Assembly (NCBI RefSeq): GCF_037042905.1
Contig: NC_087252.1
Span: 16,494,001-16,558,000, forward strand
Reading direction: 5' to 3'
Length of the DNA: 64,000 nt
Source: Lytechinus pictus
Lineage: Eukaryota
Shown here: positions 1 through 14,197 of the stretch, in pieces
How positions within the stretch are numbered: the stretch's first letter is position 1
How the letters are laid out: every line of letters starts with the position of its first letter
The notes under the pieces: model-generated
What the model was told of the DNA's origin: nothing
Databases searched by the model: none
The model's input: only the letters and a program-made list of their open reading frames with translations
Made by a program: the position numbers and the translations under genes

Positions 1-1867
1 CTTTATTTGGAATTTGGGTGCATTTTTGCTCAGGATAGACCCTTTTAATTGGATGTGGTTACAAAAGCATTCTGTTAAGGGACCATTTTCCAAAGAGTGG
101 TCAAATTGGTCATTTTTGGTCAATAATTGGCCAAAATGGCAAAATGTCGTGAGTACGGTCAATAAGACTGACATTTTTTGAATCAGCACACAATTTCACC
201 CCGGATAAGCCTGTCAAACCTTCCCCACCAAAAATTCTGAATAAAGCCCCCTATCTCCTAGACTAATATGGGCATAACTCCTTAATTTCCCCATGGATTT
301 ATGTCGATGTAACCGTCATCACAATAACTCGTGAGTCATAAAATTACTTTTTATTGATAATATTTAAAAATGATTTACGCATTGGTCCAGTTAATTGATG
401 AATCTATAAGTTATATGATATAGATTTCCAATGTTGGCAACCATCAGATCATTTTAATTACTTTCTTAAGTGCAAATCAATGTAGAAAAGTTTGTTGACA
501 GCAAAATTTGCATATCAAAAACGCGCATGCAGTTGTACAATTTTGTAATGTACAGGAGGCCTAATGGGGGAAATTATGTTTACAGTATTGCCTTGCAAAT
601 AACATGATAAACAAATTACAATGCGTGTTTAACGCAACATAAAAGAGTTTCTCTTTGATTTTCTGGAAAATCTAGATTTGACCCCCCCCCCCCCCCCCGG
701 CTGAAATAATATACTGATCGGCTGAAATACTCTGTTGACATATCGCTGGTGTTTAATCCTTTGATTTGACAAATTATGTGAACAAATCAAGGATCGAATA
801 ATAATTAAGGTATGGAAGAAGGAGGAGAGGAGAAGAAACAGAGCGGGAGTGAGTTATAATTATAATTTGTACTATACTACAAAGAATATTATTACTACAA
901 CTGAGTGTATAAAACCAATTGATAACAAATATCCTGAGATACATCTATTGCAATATTAATAAAACTTAAAATAAAAAAGTTTTGCAAAATTGTGAGTACA
1001 AAAACCAAAAACATATTAAGCAATAATAGGCCTATTGTAAAACTGACAAATACTTGGAATAAGATAATACAATTATTGTTGGCTGTTGAGTGATCCTAAT
1101 TTTAACCTCAAGTGATACCTGTCAGGGAGGGGTCCAGTCGAGCCCCCTGTACTTGTATACTTTTATTTTGATTGTGAATTTTCTTCCGGGTGCGTATGTC
1201 ACTTTAATTACACCCCACCCCCTAAAAAGCGAATAAAATAAACCGATTCTAACTTAAATAGAAGGGTATTAAAAGCAACAATTTTTGAACAATTTCATTT
1301 TCGGTGCGATATAGGCCTGCAGATTTAGGGAATTTATCATGTTCCTATGAGAAAAAAAATTAACAAGTGCACTGAAAACCCAATATTGTTTTACCATTGA
1401 TGGTGTAACGGGAGGCTCACCATGATGTAAAATTAATAAGATGCCCTTTAAATACTCTATACTTGCTAATAAAATAGTAATCAAAGATCAAAACACTTAT
1501 ACAAATTATTGTACATTTAAAACAAACTTGTATATACTTCATACAAATTAATGCAAGTTTCATGCATGCAGTTGGTCATTTATGCTCAATTTTTGTAGGC
1601 CTACTGGTTTTTTTACGATATAAGAATATTCATCTGTAAAATTGTAGGGCCTATCCGATATATATTACTTTGTATTATGTTTGAATGAAAAAAAAAATGA
1701 ATTGAGGTGAAGTGAAACGAATAGAGTTGAAATGAATTAAATTTACAAAATTATATCCATCATAAGAAAATTGGTCATGAGAACACGGAATCATGTGGAC
1801 GAAGGAATGTGCCAAAGGATGATGTATCATTAAAGCCAAAGATAGGGAAGTCCGGAGAAGATGGGCT

Positions 1868-3555
1868 CACTGGCGTAAATCCCGGGGGGATGGGGGGATA
1901 TACCCCCCCCCCCCCCACTTTTCGAGGAGGGGGGATGGCCTGTACAAACATCCCCCCCCCCCACTTTTTACGAAAGAAATGAAAAAAAAATCACAAGAGA
2001 TAATTGTTTTATTGGTGAAAATTCTTCCTAAAATACCGCTTAACAAATAAAACAATATTATTGAATCATACAATGCAAATAAAGAGCCAGTTCACCATTT
2101 CCAAACGAAATACTTATGTCCTTATTATAACATTGAAGAGAAACCCCCGTTTCTTCCAATTCATCAATGTTGGGGTCTTTGGGAAGGGATTAAGATGGAA
2201 TGTCAAAAATGTTGATTGTAATCTCTAATAAAACCATTAAACAATCATGGGGTAAAAAAGATAATAATATTGGAGGGATATTTGCCATATGGACATACAG
2301 TGGCGTAACTACGGAGGGCATGGGGGCACATGCTCCCCCCATCAGCTGACAAAAAAAACCCGGGGAAATGGGGGAAAAGAGAAAAGAGGGAGAAAGGAAG
2401 AGAAACGTAGTGGGAAAGAAGAAAATATTATTCATTATAATATTATATACTATATCTATGTTATGTTACATTACATAAGAAACATTTTTATCATAACTTT
2501 ATTAAACATAATTTGCCCAGGGCCTACGTCTTCATTGTTCCTGGTGCTCACATTGTCTGTTCAACGATATATAACATCCTGTTGTACTAAAACATCCCGT
2601 TTTCAAGTCAATATAAACCAAATATATTTCCTAGCACTTGAGTTATCATTGTTTTATGTAGTGACATATGCTTCTTTTACATGACTCAAAAAGTGATTGC
2701 CCCATGTTAAGGTCTTCGTATATATAAAAACATTTCCTGTCCGTGATTACGTTCACATTAGTGGATTGGTGAGTCTGCTCTTCATGAATTCCTAAAATCA
2801 GTCCTTAAAATGTCCCTTCTTCTGATCTGAATATCAAAAACTTTCAGCTCGCGCTTCGCGCTCGTATCGAAATGCGTATGGTTCTAGTTAATTTATACAA
2901 AGAAACATTAGAATGCCCCACTTCAGGTCTGAATTATCTAAATTATCTCAATTTTCAGCTCGCGCTTCACGCTCGCAATATTTGATTAGTGAGATGCGTA
3001 TGATAATCATGATTGCAATGACTACAAAAAGTGTTTCATGTGTTCAGATGTAATTCTAATAAAATCAGCAAGCGCTTGGCACTCGCATTAGATGACTATG
3101 GTGAGATATGCATACTCTTGAATGAATTCCTAAAATATATTCCTTAAAATCTCGCTGTTTGGGGTCAAAATATACGAAAATTTCAGCTCGCGCTTCGCGC
3201 TCGCATTGTTAAGCGAGACAGGTGCCTATCATGATTACACAAATTTGATTATAATTTCCCTTTTTAGGTGTGAATATTAAAAAGAAATTCAGCTCGCGCT
3301 TCGCACTCGCATTATTTGATCAGTGAGATACATATCCGTTCAATGACATTGTCCTTAAAATTTCTCTATTAGGTCAGAATAACTAGCAACTGAGCGCGCT
3401 TCGCGCGCTCACTCAGTGATTCAAAAATTTTGCTGGTGCCCCCACAATGCCGTGACCCACGGTACGCCACTGTGGACATATCAATTACAATTGCAAAAAA
3501 AACCCCAAATATTTCAGTCATCCCCCCCACCCCTCAACTCGGATTTACGCCAGTG
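1868..3555. mobile_element. Non-autonomous hAT-like element (outer element of a nest)
   Basis: TIRs CACTGGCGTAAATCC / GGATTTACGCCAGTG; exact 8-bp TSD GATGGGCT at 1860-1867 and 3556-3563. Confidence 0.9.
2298..3472. mobile_element. Non-autonomous hAT-like element nested in the previous one, with internal ~110-bp degenerate repeats
   Basis: TIRs CAGTGGCGTA / TACGCCACTG; exact TSD TGGACATA at 2290-2297 and 3473-3480; motif TTTCAGCTCGCGCTTCGCGCTCG recurs about six times between 2840 and 3410. Confidence 0.9.
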
Positions 3556-4189
3556 GATGGGCTAATTCACTGTCTTTTGAAATGATTGTCAAAATTTCCT
3601 TTTAATGTTGTATGTTTTATTTTTTTCTACTTATTTATGTCATATTATCAATACTATTATATATTATTATCTATAGGCCTAATAGGCATCAGTGGCAGGT
3701 AATCGTAAATGCACTGTATAGAGAATTTCATCCCGAGAATCCAGATAAAAAGACAAATTATTAGCAGAATTCCCATGTAATCACACTAATAGTTTATTGA
3801 GATACAATTTGTCTTTCATATTTTCAATTGTAATGAGGTTGGATTCCTTTCTTCAAGATAAAAGCCGGAGACAGCATCCCTTTTCTCAGCGTTACAACGT
3901 ACGAGCTATGGGTACATCCGGGTACTTCTGCAAATCAAGACCTATCGAGCAATGGCCGACCATGCTCCGCGCAATCACAGACGTTAAGTACGCGCGCCTA
4001 TGGCGACTCCGCACTCTAGCGTAATTAGTATACACCTCTATGGTTATACCCGGGGTATAAAACGCGTCATTTGACGTCATTTTAATCCATGGACTAAAGT
4101 TAGCACCTAGGGGCTAACTTTTGCGATTCACAAAGGTGGACTAAAGTTATACCGGGGTATAAAACGCGTCATTTGACGTCACGATTTAG

Positions 4190-4759
4190 CCCGGGGGGGG
4201 GGGGGGGGCCACTTACATTGACGAGTGGATACCATGCGCGACCAAAAAAAACACTTCAAAAGGATGTCCTTTTCACGATAGGGCACGTTACGTACGTAAC
4301 GTGATAAGGGTGTCAAAAACACAAAAATAATGAAAAAAGGGTGTCTATTTCGCTAGGAAAATTACGTGTTTAGGGTCGAATTTGCGGGAATGATAAAACC
4401 AAAAAAAAAAAACGTTTTATAAAGGATGTCCATTTTGCCCCAACACTTCGTGTTTAGAGTCCGATTTGCGGAGGTGTAGAAGGTGGGGTCGTACTAAACC
4501 AAATAAGGTAAAGCCGACGACCGAAGGACCCGTAACAATAAAACATTCCTGTACTTGTTTAGGGGTTAGTTTCAGGGAATATTTGCCAAGAGTATCGTTT
4601 TGTTTCCAATACTTGTTAAGGGTAGGGTTTCACACGCCAATACTTGTTAAGGGGTGCATTTTCAGAATATGGAAATTACGTGTTTAGGGTGCTTTTCGAG
4701 ACCCCATGGTCGCGCATGGTATCCACTCGTGAATGGAAGTGCCCCCCCCCCCCCCCGGG
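4190..4759. mobile_element. 570-bp MITE with 8-bp TSD inserted in the Harbinger left subterminal region
   Basis: TIRs CCCGG(G)n-CACTTACATTGACGAGTGGATACCATGCGCGACC and near-perfect complement; exact TSD CGATTTAG at 4182-4189 and 4760-4767; superfamily uncertain. Confidence 0.9.
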
Positions 4760-7700
4760 CGATTTAGTCAGCTCTTTGGGGTGGACTAAATCGGTGGATT
4801 AAAGTTAGTCCACCGTTTTAACCAATCAGAGAGCAGCGTTGCGATTGCGGAAAAGTTTGCCGTAGGAAAAAAGTTATTTGGACGGAGACGAGATTTGGTG
4901 TGATCGGCTTATCTAAAGCTTAAAATTTCACGACTTCAACCGAGATTGTAAGTAAATCACATAATTTTTTGGAGCTTAAATCATGACGGAGCCTTCAGTT
5001 CCATCAGTAAATATTATTGATAGCTTTAACTTTCCAAAAGTATACTCGAAAACTTGAAATGGTATCTGAATCATTGTTATCGTCGCGTCTCTAAGGTGCT
5101 CAGTCCCAGCCATGTACTTTTGTGTGCGTTCATATCTATGAGCAGTGCAGTGCAGTGCGAGACGCAATTAGCGTACACTACACAGGCAAGGTAGGCGTGA
5201 TTGAAAGGCCGATACTAGTTATGCCAGGCAGTGGTTTTGAGTGATTCTCGATTTCGTGTGATTTTCATGAATTTTTTGTTGTCTACGATACCCCTGCCAC
5301 TCCTCCTGGCTCTGCCAACACAATCTACTGTGTATCTAATTTTGTCTAAAGCAAGGCCAAGGCAAGGCCAGGACTCCTGGCAGGATAGCAGCAATACAAA
5401 TGATTTTTTTTTTAAACACTAACGATACAAATACAGAGCCGGTATAGACATTCTACTCTGGGCTGGCTTTGCCTTGGCTTGGATAGATGGTCAAGCTATG
5501 AAGCTTACCTGGTAGCCATGTTAGAGTTAGTCCTACAACATCGTTGGAGTAAAAAAAAATATTATAATAAGGGTCACCTCTAGCTAAGACTAAGGCTAAG
5601 CCCTGATTAAATTAATTTTGGAATAAAAAAAAAAAAAAAGATTGGGTTCCACTCACCGCTGTTTACTCCAACAGCTATAAATGAGCTGATTTTACTTTTA
5701 CTAAAACTAAGTTTTACTGACCTTCGGCATCGCATTTGCGATCACTTATAGATTTACGGTGTCGTCAAAACATAAAAAAATAATGGAAATCCTAGGCCTA
5801 ATTAATATTAAATTTGAGTAGATCTAACTGAGGTCTAACTTTGAAAATTCTCTCTTTTGGGGGTTATTTTCTCTACCCCACCCTCTTTGTTTGAAGTATT
5901 TTTTTTTTCACAAGGTGTCCTTCCAATGTTAAATTCACATGAGACCACAGACAAGTGCATTTGATCTTTAGTCCTCTACATTTGTAGAAGACCGATAAAT
6001 AGGTTTATTTCTGTCAGGGATATGCTCCCCTGAGACTTCATGTGGCTCCGCAGCATCCCCTCCCACAAAAAAAATCAGAAAATGTTACAAGACTCCTCTG
6101 AAACAGCGGATTTTATCAATCTACATTTGTAGCTGCTTTATAATTTTTTTTTTATATACTTTGACATTGCAGTATGATTGATGAATAAATATTTTTTTCA
6201 TTTTTTTTTCCTTCCATATCAGCCACTCTAGGCAACACCGCAATACTTACCCGTGTTAATAAACTGGGACTCCACTCACGCGCATTTGGGTCGCCCTAGC
6301 TTAGAACTAAAGTTTATTATCTAGAAATTGTTAAACTATACTGATAAAATATATTTCATTAAATAGCTTGATACTGTTTGATCGGTACTCACCGGTTCTT
6401 TTGTTGCATTTTCAGCCCAATTCTCACAATTCTTGGGAAATATTCGCGACAAATCTTGTCGCCATAGACAGCTACATGTCCATCTTTATTTATAAATGGA
6501 GCGCCCTTTACGATAGTTGTTAATGCCGCAGAGAAATCGTTAGGCATTTTGGCCTGTGTTCAAGGCGTAGCTGTTCTATTTTTTTTTTTATAGGTATGAG
6601 ATCGAAATCACAGCGAGTATTTACACTCTTCCATAATGATTCCGAAAGGGAGGCGCAACACCCCCCACCCACATGAGCGCAAATTCCAGGGGGACATGTC
6701 CCCCTCACCTAGAATAGTAGGGGGGCACATTATGAAATGTCATCCCCCTACTATTTTTGGTCTTTTCATTCAAAATCGAAATAAAATATGTATTTTGGAA
6801 GAGACGATCTTACTTTTGGGGTGCCCTTTTTTTTTGCTTGTTTGCTTATCAAATTTCTTTTGGTCAAGATGACCTTCTTTTGGGGGTGATAAACCTTCTT
6901 TTTTGTTTTTGTTTGTTTGTTTTTTTCTTGTCAAATTTTCCAGCCCCTGGTCCCGGCTACCTTTGGGGAGAGATTTCCGCCCTTGCCTAACAGTACACTT
7001 GATATTGTTTGCGAATCTGCGTGGGCGTCGGGGGCTGGGGGATGAGGAAAAGCGGTGAGACGAGAAAAAAAAAATAGAAGGAAAAAGAGGACAGAAAAAA
7101 AGTGAACGAAAGATAAATTAATGGAAAATAAAAGGGAGGAGAAAATAGTGAGAAAAGTGATGGGTAGGTCGAGATTTTATGTGTCCGTGCAAAAAGAAAT
7201 GAGCAGAGGTTAAGATGTTGTCTGTTTGGGCAAATGTCTGTCTGTTTGTTGGACTGGCGCCTGTTGCAAAAATTATTGAGCTGATGGAATCAGAAAGTTC
7301 CAACTGCTTCATGTCAATCCGACAGTGACAGGATATTAGGCGGTTGTAGGTATAAATCACGCTCTAAAACTGTGTTCTTTATTAAAAAGTTGTCCTTCAT
7401 ATTCATTTTCGCAAAAGAATATCAAGTTTTCAATTAATTGTCCATAGTTATCCTGTTTATGATAAAAATACTTAGAAATTGGGTTAGGTTAGGGTTATCA
7501 AATTATCGGGGCAGAAAATATATTTTTTCAGTTCGCGCGTCGAGCTGGCATTAGTGATTGTTTTTAATGACATTCATTCTATTCACAGCAATATATTATT
7601 AAACATAGCCACTACCACCATCATTATCATCATCATCATCATCACCGCCACCATCACCACCACCATCATCATCACCAAGATAATTTTCATCATCATCATC

Positions 7701-9247
7701 TTTCTTTTTTTTTCTTATTTTTTCCCCTTCCCTTCTTCTTTTTTTCCTTCCTATTTTCCTCCCGTTTTAGAGGGGCACACCACCAAATAAATATGTTTGT
7801 TGTTGTTGTATATAAGTTGGCGGATGCCTCATGAAATGAAATAAAAGAGAAAATAAGGAAATGGAAAAAGTAAGAAGAAGGATAAGAAGAAAAAAAGAAA
7901 GCCAAACAAACAAGACAAAATAATATCAAAATTTCGTAATAAAGTCAGTCAGTTTAATAATTATGTTTTCAATGAAATGAGACATAAATTAATTGAAACA
8001 AGTAAAAAGGGCTACATCATAGTTAAAAGAAATAGAGGGAAGCTCCGAGACAATAAAAAGTGTAAAAAAAATCAGAAAAGACTTTGAAACACTCTGAACA
8101 CGAGTATAATATAAAAAAAAAATTGGGAATAAGCGAGGACAAGTAGCTGAGGGAGCCCCCCCCCCCCCCCTCTCTCTCTAGTTATTTACTCAAACTCGCA
8201 TATACAAGAGAAGAAATTCTTACTAATCAAAATATTGCGAGCAAATAGCATGAGCTGACATTTTTTTAAATATTCAAAATTGATAGAGAGACACATTTTG
8301 AACAATTCATGATACATAATAATCATTCATTATAGCTACCAATCGGATTGCGACAAGATCTGAGAATTAGAAATTCATTAAAAGCATAAAATTGTATAAC
8401 ATTAAAATAAGACGGGCGCAACGCATGAGCTAAAGCTTTATATACCAATTAAAAATTTGGACATTTTTAGCGCTTTCGGTAGTCATGAAAAAGATTCATA
8501 TTTCATGAAAGCTCAAATCCCGAGGAGGAATATTTTTTATTAATTGACTTAAAAAAGGCTGTTCTAATTAAGCCCCATTTAATATTTGATTACAAGTCTC
8601 GTTAAACAGTAAAAGATGAAAAAATAAAGCATATTGTGTTCCTCAATTCTCTTTCTCTTTAACCTTATTTTATTTTTATTTTTTTTGGGGGGGAGGTATT
8701 TTGGTTAAAAAAAAAAGAGAAAAAACGATAATTGCTGGCTAGTGGGTGTATAGTGGTAGGGACACCCCGCCCCCACCCCCCCCCCCCCCCTGTAGTTACG
8801 CAAACATGGGACCAAATGATCCTACTTGTTCCAAGGCGAAACTTGTGCAATCAATTAAATGTTATTTTTGAGAAAATTAAAGCTTGCGCTATTTAAATTC
8901 AATCTCTTTCACCTAAATTTGCGATGAATGCTAGCATTATGAAATATATAATTATCAACGTCTGGCGAAAAGAATAACCAACCGATCAGCTGACGAGAAC
9001 GCGTATCACGTGATCTGCATATCAGCTTCGATCGCGAGTCAGAAGTGAAGAGCAACTGGCAATAAAATCTGGAAAAAGTCGTCAAAATGTAAGTTCCCCT
9101 TCATTTCTTTCAATTTTTTTTTATTGCTAACAATGCTTTAACTTTCTTAAACAAAAATTTAATGAATAGACAGTACGATAGCTCGTACTTGTGTTATAAT
9201 ACACAAATAATCATCTTCACAAAGATTTCTGACACACAATACTACAG

Positions 9248-9558
9248 GGGCCGATTGCACGAAAGGGTCTTTCCAAGGACCGTCTTTCGTGTCGCCCATC
9301 TTTTATGATGCGCTATAAGCGGGGTGTTTCTGAAATTTATGATAAACAAATACAATTCGTAAGCTTGCTTTTAAATCAAATTTTATACAATATTGTGAGA
9401 TATCACATCATTTTATAAACAAATATTTTGTTTATTTTAACGGACGAATAGAATATGTTTGCAGATAATTTATTTGAAATGCGTTTCTCATGGCGCATCA
9501 TAAAAAATGGGCGACACGAAAGACGGTCCTTGCAAAGACCCTTTCGTGCAATCGGCCC
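9248..9558. mobile_element. Harbinger/Tourist-type MITE
   Basis: ~70-bp TIRs starting GGGCCGATTGCACGAAAGGGTC; 3-bp TSD CAG at 9245-9247 and 9559-9561. Confidence 0.9.
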
Positions 9559-10448
9559 CAGATGTCGCCTATGAGGTCCATACATGTAATGTTTGGACCT
9601 CATTGGTACTAGGAGTGATATCAGCAACAGACCATACATGCTCGGCAGATTGTGATCAATCAAGACAAGGCAAACATGGCTCACAATTTTGAACTGCTGT
9701 GCCGTCTTGCAAGAGAGTGAGGTATGCCTTATCAATTCATATTAAAAAAAAATTAAATGTCATTAAAATAGTCTTTTTGAATAAAATATTATTTCCGGGA
9801 TTTGAATTCATCATGTAATTGTAAATGTATATATGTGACATGTATGTTACTTTTTCATTCTTGTCATAGTAATTGACAAAAAAGAAGAGGGGGGGGGGGG
9901 ACCTTGCTTGTGTGTTATTAACATATATATTTGTCTACTGGTCACTAGCTTTTTTTTAAATATTTATTTAAAAGAGAGAAAGAAAACATTGTCAGTCTGA
10001 TGAATGCCGGGGGGGGGGGGGGAAAGGTTTAATGAGACTTTGATGAAGATTCATGAAAATATGTTATTCGAAAGTCACTCGCAAGCAATAACCTCTATTT
10101 GTGTAAACAAAGTTCCATAAAATTAGTGCCTTGCCTTCATTATTAAAGCCAATTGAAAGTGATTCACTTAATCAGTTTTCATAGAAGCATCTCTAAGACG
10201 TGCATGGTTTTATCAATGATGATGATCAGCAACAATTGGCAGGTTTTTTTTCTTCACTTTTACAAGTAGGTAAATAGAAAAGCTACTCATGTCAATTAGA
10301 ATTTTCATCCTATGTTTTTTTAAAGGATTTCTGTATAATCTTTCACATTCTGTTCCTCATTTTAAACACTTTTGAATTAAATGAAATTCAAAGAGTAAAT
10401 TGCCCGTTCATGGTGACTCTTCAACACAATCTTTCAACTTCCATGCAG

Positions 10449-12385
10449 ATTCAGCAACACATAGAAAGACCACAGCATGGATTAAGAGACAGGAAGAATC
10501 CATTTGAATACTACGAGGATGAACCCCTCAGAGTGGGGTACCAACAGAGAGGACCACACATTGCCTGTCATGTTACAGGTTTTGACAGGACTTTGTTTTT
10601 ATGCCATTGGTAAGTTTTCATGTGCGAACTATAAAGCAGAAGGTAATTGGGGGGGGGGTCAAATTATGTTCTATGAAAATGATTCTCCAGGCCAAAAATA
10701 ATGAGATTTTGATAAAGAACAATTCGACTAGCAAAAACCATCAATATTGGATGGAGAATTATGAATTGATTCAGTTTTAAAGTTTTACATTACTTGGGGG
10801 AAACAGTTCTGTATCTCATATGCAATATTCATATCCCCACTTGTTCTCTAGTGATCTGAAATTATAATCATTAATTTTTTTCCTCCAGGAATGTAAAAAT
10901 TGGGTTGACTGCTGATTATATATTTAAGATAGTTATTGCGAGTTCAGAATAATGTAAGGATCAAGGATTGGAAGTATCTAGTCATGAAAATTAAGTTTTA
11001 TGTTTTGCTTAGCATGCAGATTTTCCATTGAGTAATTGTCGCCAGAGCAAATATCATGGAACCCTTGTACATTCATGTGTGGAAAATGTGTGGATGTGAC
11101 ATCATCAGGCTACTTCTTCCATATTCATGATAACATGTACATGTTTTACAGAAATAATTAATGCAAAACCTAATATTAATTATTAATCATCCAAATTGTA
11201 TGATTTTTGTTTCTGCTTTCAGCCAGGAGAACTAGTAACCCCTTACATGGGAGGGGAAGTGTTGGGGGTATTTCACAGAAAGGTTTTTTTTCGGAATGAA
11301 ACATGTAACCCTTTGGGTTGGAAATAGGTGGGGATTTTATTTTTCTCTCATTTTTTACCATGTAGCAACATTTTTTAATACAAATATATCATATTCAAGT
11401 GGGAAATTATCATGAAGGATGATTTATAACCACCCAAAAAGAAATATTGGTATGTCATTTCAGCTAGAGAGATATTCTCCATTTTGCATGGATAGTTATT
11501 GCAGTAGAGTTTTTTTTTATGAATCTAAGAAAAATCTCTTTAAGCAGTTCCAGTGCATCATAAACATCAGGTCATGACAGAAGCACAATGTCTGCAAACG
11601 TAAATGGTAAAGTATCAATTGGCTTTCATATCAATAAACCAATTACATAACATCACTTATCATTCGATAACTAAAGGTACCTTTTAGAAGATGCAAGCAG
11701 ACGAAGCAACTATATCACAGTCATCCGTGTGCAGAATCATCAAAGATTTTTCTGAGGCAATAGCAAGGAGTAATAGTTAATGAAGTTTCCAAAGACAAGA
11801 AATTCAAACCACCCATCGACAATTTGATGATTGCTACAGGTTTCCAAGAGTCATAGGTGCTATCGATTGGGGCCAATCCGGGCCATGTCTACATCAGGAG
11901 TCCTGATGGGGAACAAGCCCTGTACTTAGCAGGAAGAACAGGTCTTCTGTAAATGTATGGGTTGGTATACTCAATCAGTTTTCAATGTGATATTCTCTGT
12001 ATTCAACACCTACTAGAGGTATGTGATAATGAAGAAAAAAATATATTGGCCCCTACTACATGTCTTTTACTGTCTTTTATCAAGTTTCAATCTTGTTGTT
12101 GGTCAATTTTTTTTGTAATTTTAAACTCTTAATATGTGAAATAAGACAATTTTAAAGATTTCACTGAAGAAAACAAATATAGATAATCTGCTAACTTTCC
12201 TATTGCAGGAGAAATGAAAAATAGATAAAACAAAATGCATTTTGCTTATTCAGGTAAAGGAGGTATTAATTGCTTGATCAATGAAGATATATTTCCAGAA
12301 AGAATACCGAAGAGAAATTTTCTAATATTCATTTTGTTTTGATCCTTATTGCAGGTATCCGTTGCTCCCCTCTTTGGTGAATTCC
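10449..12385 (+). pseudogene. Intron-split Harbinger/HARBI1-type DDE transposase pseudogene
   Basis: Exon 10449-10609: LRDRKNPFEYYEDE, frameshift, TLPVMLQVLTGLCFYAI, G|gtaagt. Exon 11677-~11960: GTF*KMQADEATISQSSVCRIIKDFSEAIA, KFP, FPRVIGAID, HVYIRSP, RKNRSSVNV, with stops and frameshifts. Probable further piece after ttgcag at ~12355: YPLLP. These follow the Harbinger consensus LRFxAxGxFQ, ISQSSVSR, FPxVIGAIDxTH, NRKxxxSxNVQ, GDSGYPL. Confidence 0.85.
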
Positions 12386-13760
12386 TGCCTGCATTCTGTT
12401 GTCAATAGAAAAGGACGGTGTGCTACGGTATAAGCATTCCATTGGATTATATGTGCATGAAAGTGGACACTTGTGATAAAAATATGGTAGCTTGGTTGAT
12501 AGGATGTATTCATGCATTCCGATTTATCATTAGTGATCAAATGACCATCTTGCTTTTTAAAACCCAAATTCACAACATTTTTCTTGTTTGACAAAAGGTT
12601 TGGGACGTGAATTCCAGGATATAAATGAAACACATGATGGGCTAATGTATAAGCAGGGACACGAGAGGTATAAGCAACATTTTTTTTGCTTAATTAAGTT
12701 TGGCATGAGATGGACTTGGTCTTTCTTATGATTCAAGTCGATTTTATACCAAGTTTGTTTTAATCAACAATCAATGTTTGAAGCCTCATGATTTCAATTT
12801 TAAAACCTCTTTGTTAATTAAACAGTCATTTTTCTTAGCATATGCAGCTTCTTAATTTATCAAATTTAAATTATAAAATGTCATTTTTGCTGAATATCCT
12901 TTTTTCCACCTATTTTCATAGGCCCTAAGATACATTTCTGTAGTAAGCACTATAAATACATTGCAAGCTATTATCATTTGTTTGATATTACTATTTTATA
13001 GAATCATCCTTTAATTTCTTTCAGAAATATATTTGACAAATTACTTGTGATATTCATGCTTTAGCTGTAGAGTTAAAATCTTCATTAAACTTTTTTTAAT
13101 CCATTGTTTATCTATTTTTATTCAGAGTTTCTGAATCAAAAAAAAAAAATCAACCGAGCATAATGCTGAAAATTTCATCAAAATCGGTTGTAAAATAGCA
13201 AACTGGAGTATAGGTTAAGGTTGGGAATAATGCGATTGCAAGAGTGACCAGTTAGTGTGGAGGAGCTACCAATGAGTATCTCAGCTCCTTTTAGAGATGT
13301 TTGTAGAACTGACGTACAGAGTAGGCCCCCCCCCCCCCCGAAATAATAATAAATTCACGACCAAGAAAAAGAAATGAGGGTGAAATATAATATTTTTTTT
13401 TATATTATGTGAAAATCTAACACAAACTTGGATTTTTCATGTCAATTAAAAAAAAAATTGCTCGCTTATTTTTTTTTTCTTTTTTAAAATCAATTTATCG
13501 AGATACACCATATAAAAGGACAAGAATAAATAAATGAATTGAAAATATTACTTCCAATGGGAAAGGAAAAGAGGCACGCTTGTGGACGCGAGATCAGATC
13601 AAAGCCTAAGGTCATGTCGCTTGGCCCCACGTGACGCTGGCCCCACCATTTACCAATTAACGTACAAAACCCGGGACAAAACCTAAACAAAGATTCAATT
13701 CCATTTTCTATCAAAGCTAGCTCCGGGCAAAGTTCCACCGGACTTCGATAAGGTAGGATT

Positions 13761-13991
13761 CACTAGCGTACCTACGGGGGGGGGGGGGTGCAGGGGGGGC
13801 ACTCTGCCCCCCCCTGACGAGTCACAACCCATGCAAAAACGTATCTTTGCCCCCCCTGACGGGCTTGAAAAACCTTTTTTGCCCTTCAATGACCTTCAAT
13901 GCCCCCCTGACGCGCTTGAAGACCTTTTTTTTTTTTTTTTTGCTTGTCAATTTTTTTCTGGTACGAAATCCTTTATTTGTGATCGAAGACC

Positions 13992-14022
<31 letters not shown>

Positions 14023-14070
14023 TGTCAATTGTTTTCTGGTACGAAATCCTTTATTTTTTATCGAAGACCT

Positions 14071-14136
<66 letters not shown>

Positions 14137-14197
14137 CTTGTCAAATTTTTTGGTGGACGGTTTTGCCCCCCTGTGGAAAATCCTAGGTACGCCACTG
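13761..14197. mobile_element. hAT-like MITE with poly-T-containing internal repeats
   Basis: TIRs CACTAGCGTACCTA / TAGGTACGCCACTG; exact TSD GTAGGATT at 13753-13760 and 14198-14205; three GAAGACC(T)n-CTTGTCAA units. Confidence 0.9.

Noticed and set aside
1..265. Right end of an Academ-like element (ends CCTAGACTA)
   Set aside because: Only one terminus is visible, so TIR and TSD cannot be verified
10449..12385. Functional domesticated HARBI1 gene
   Set aside because: In-frame stops, several frameshifts, missing segments, and enclosure by transposon terminal repeats
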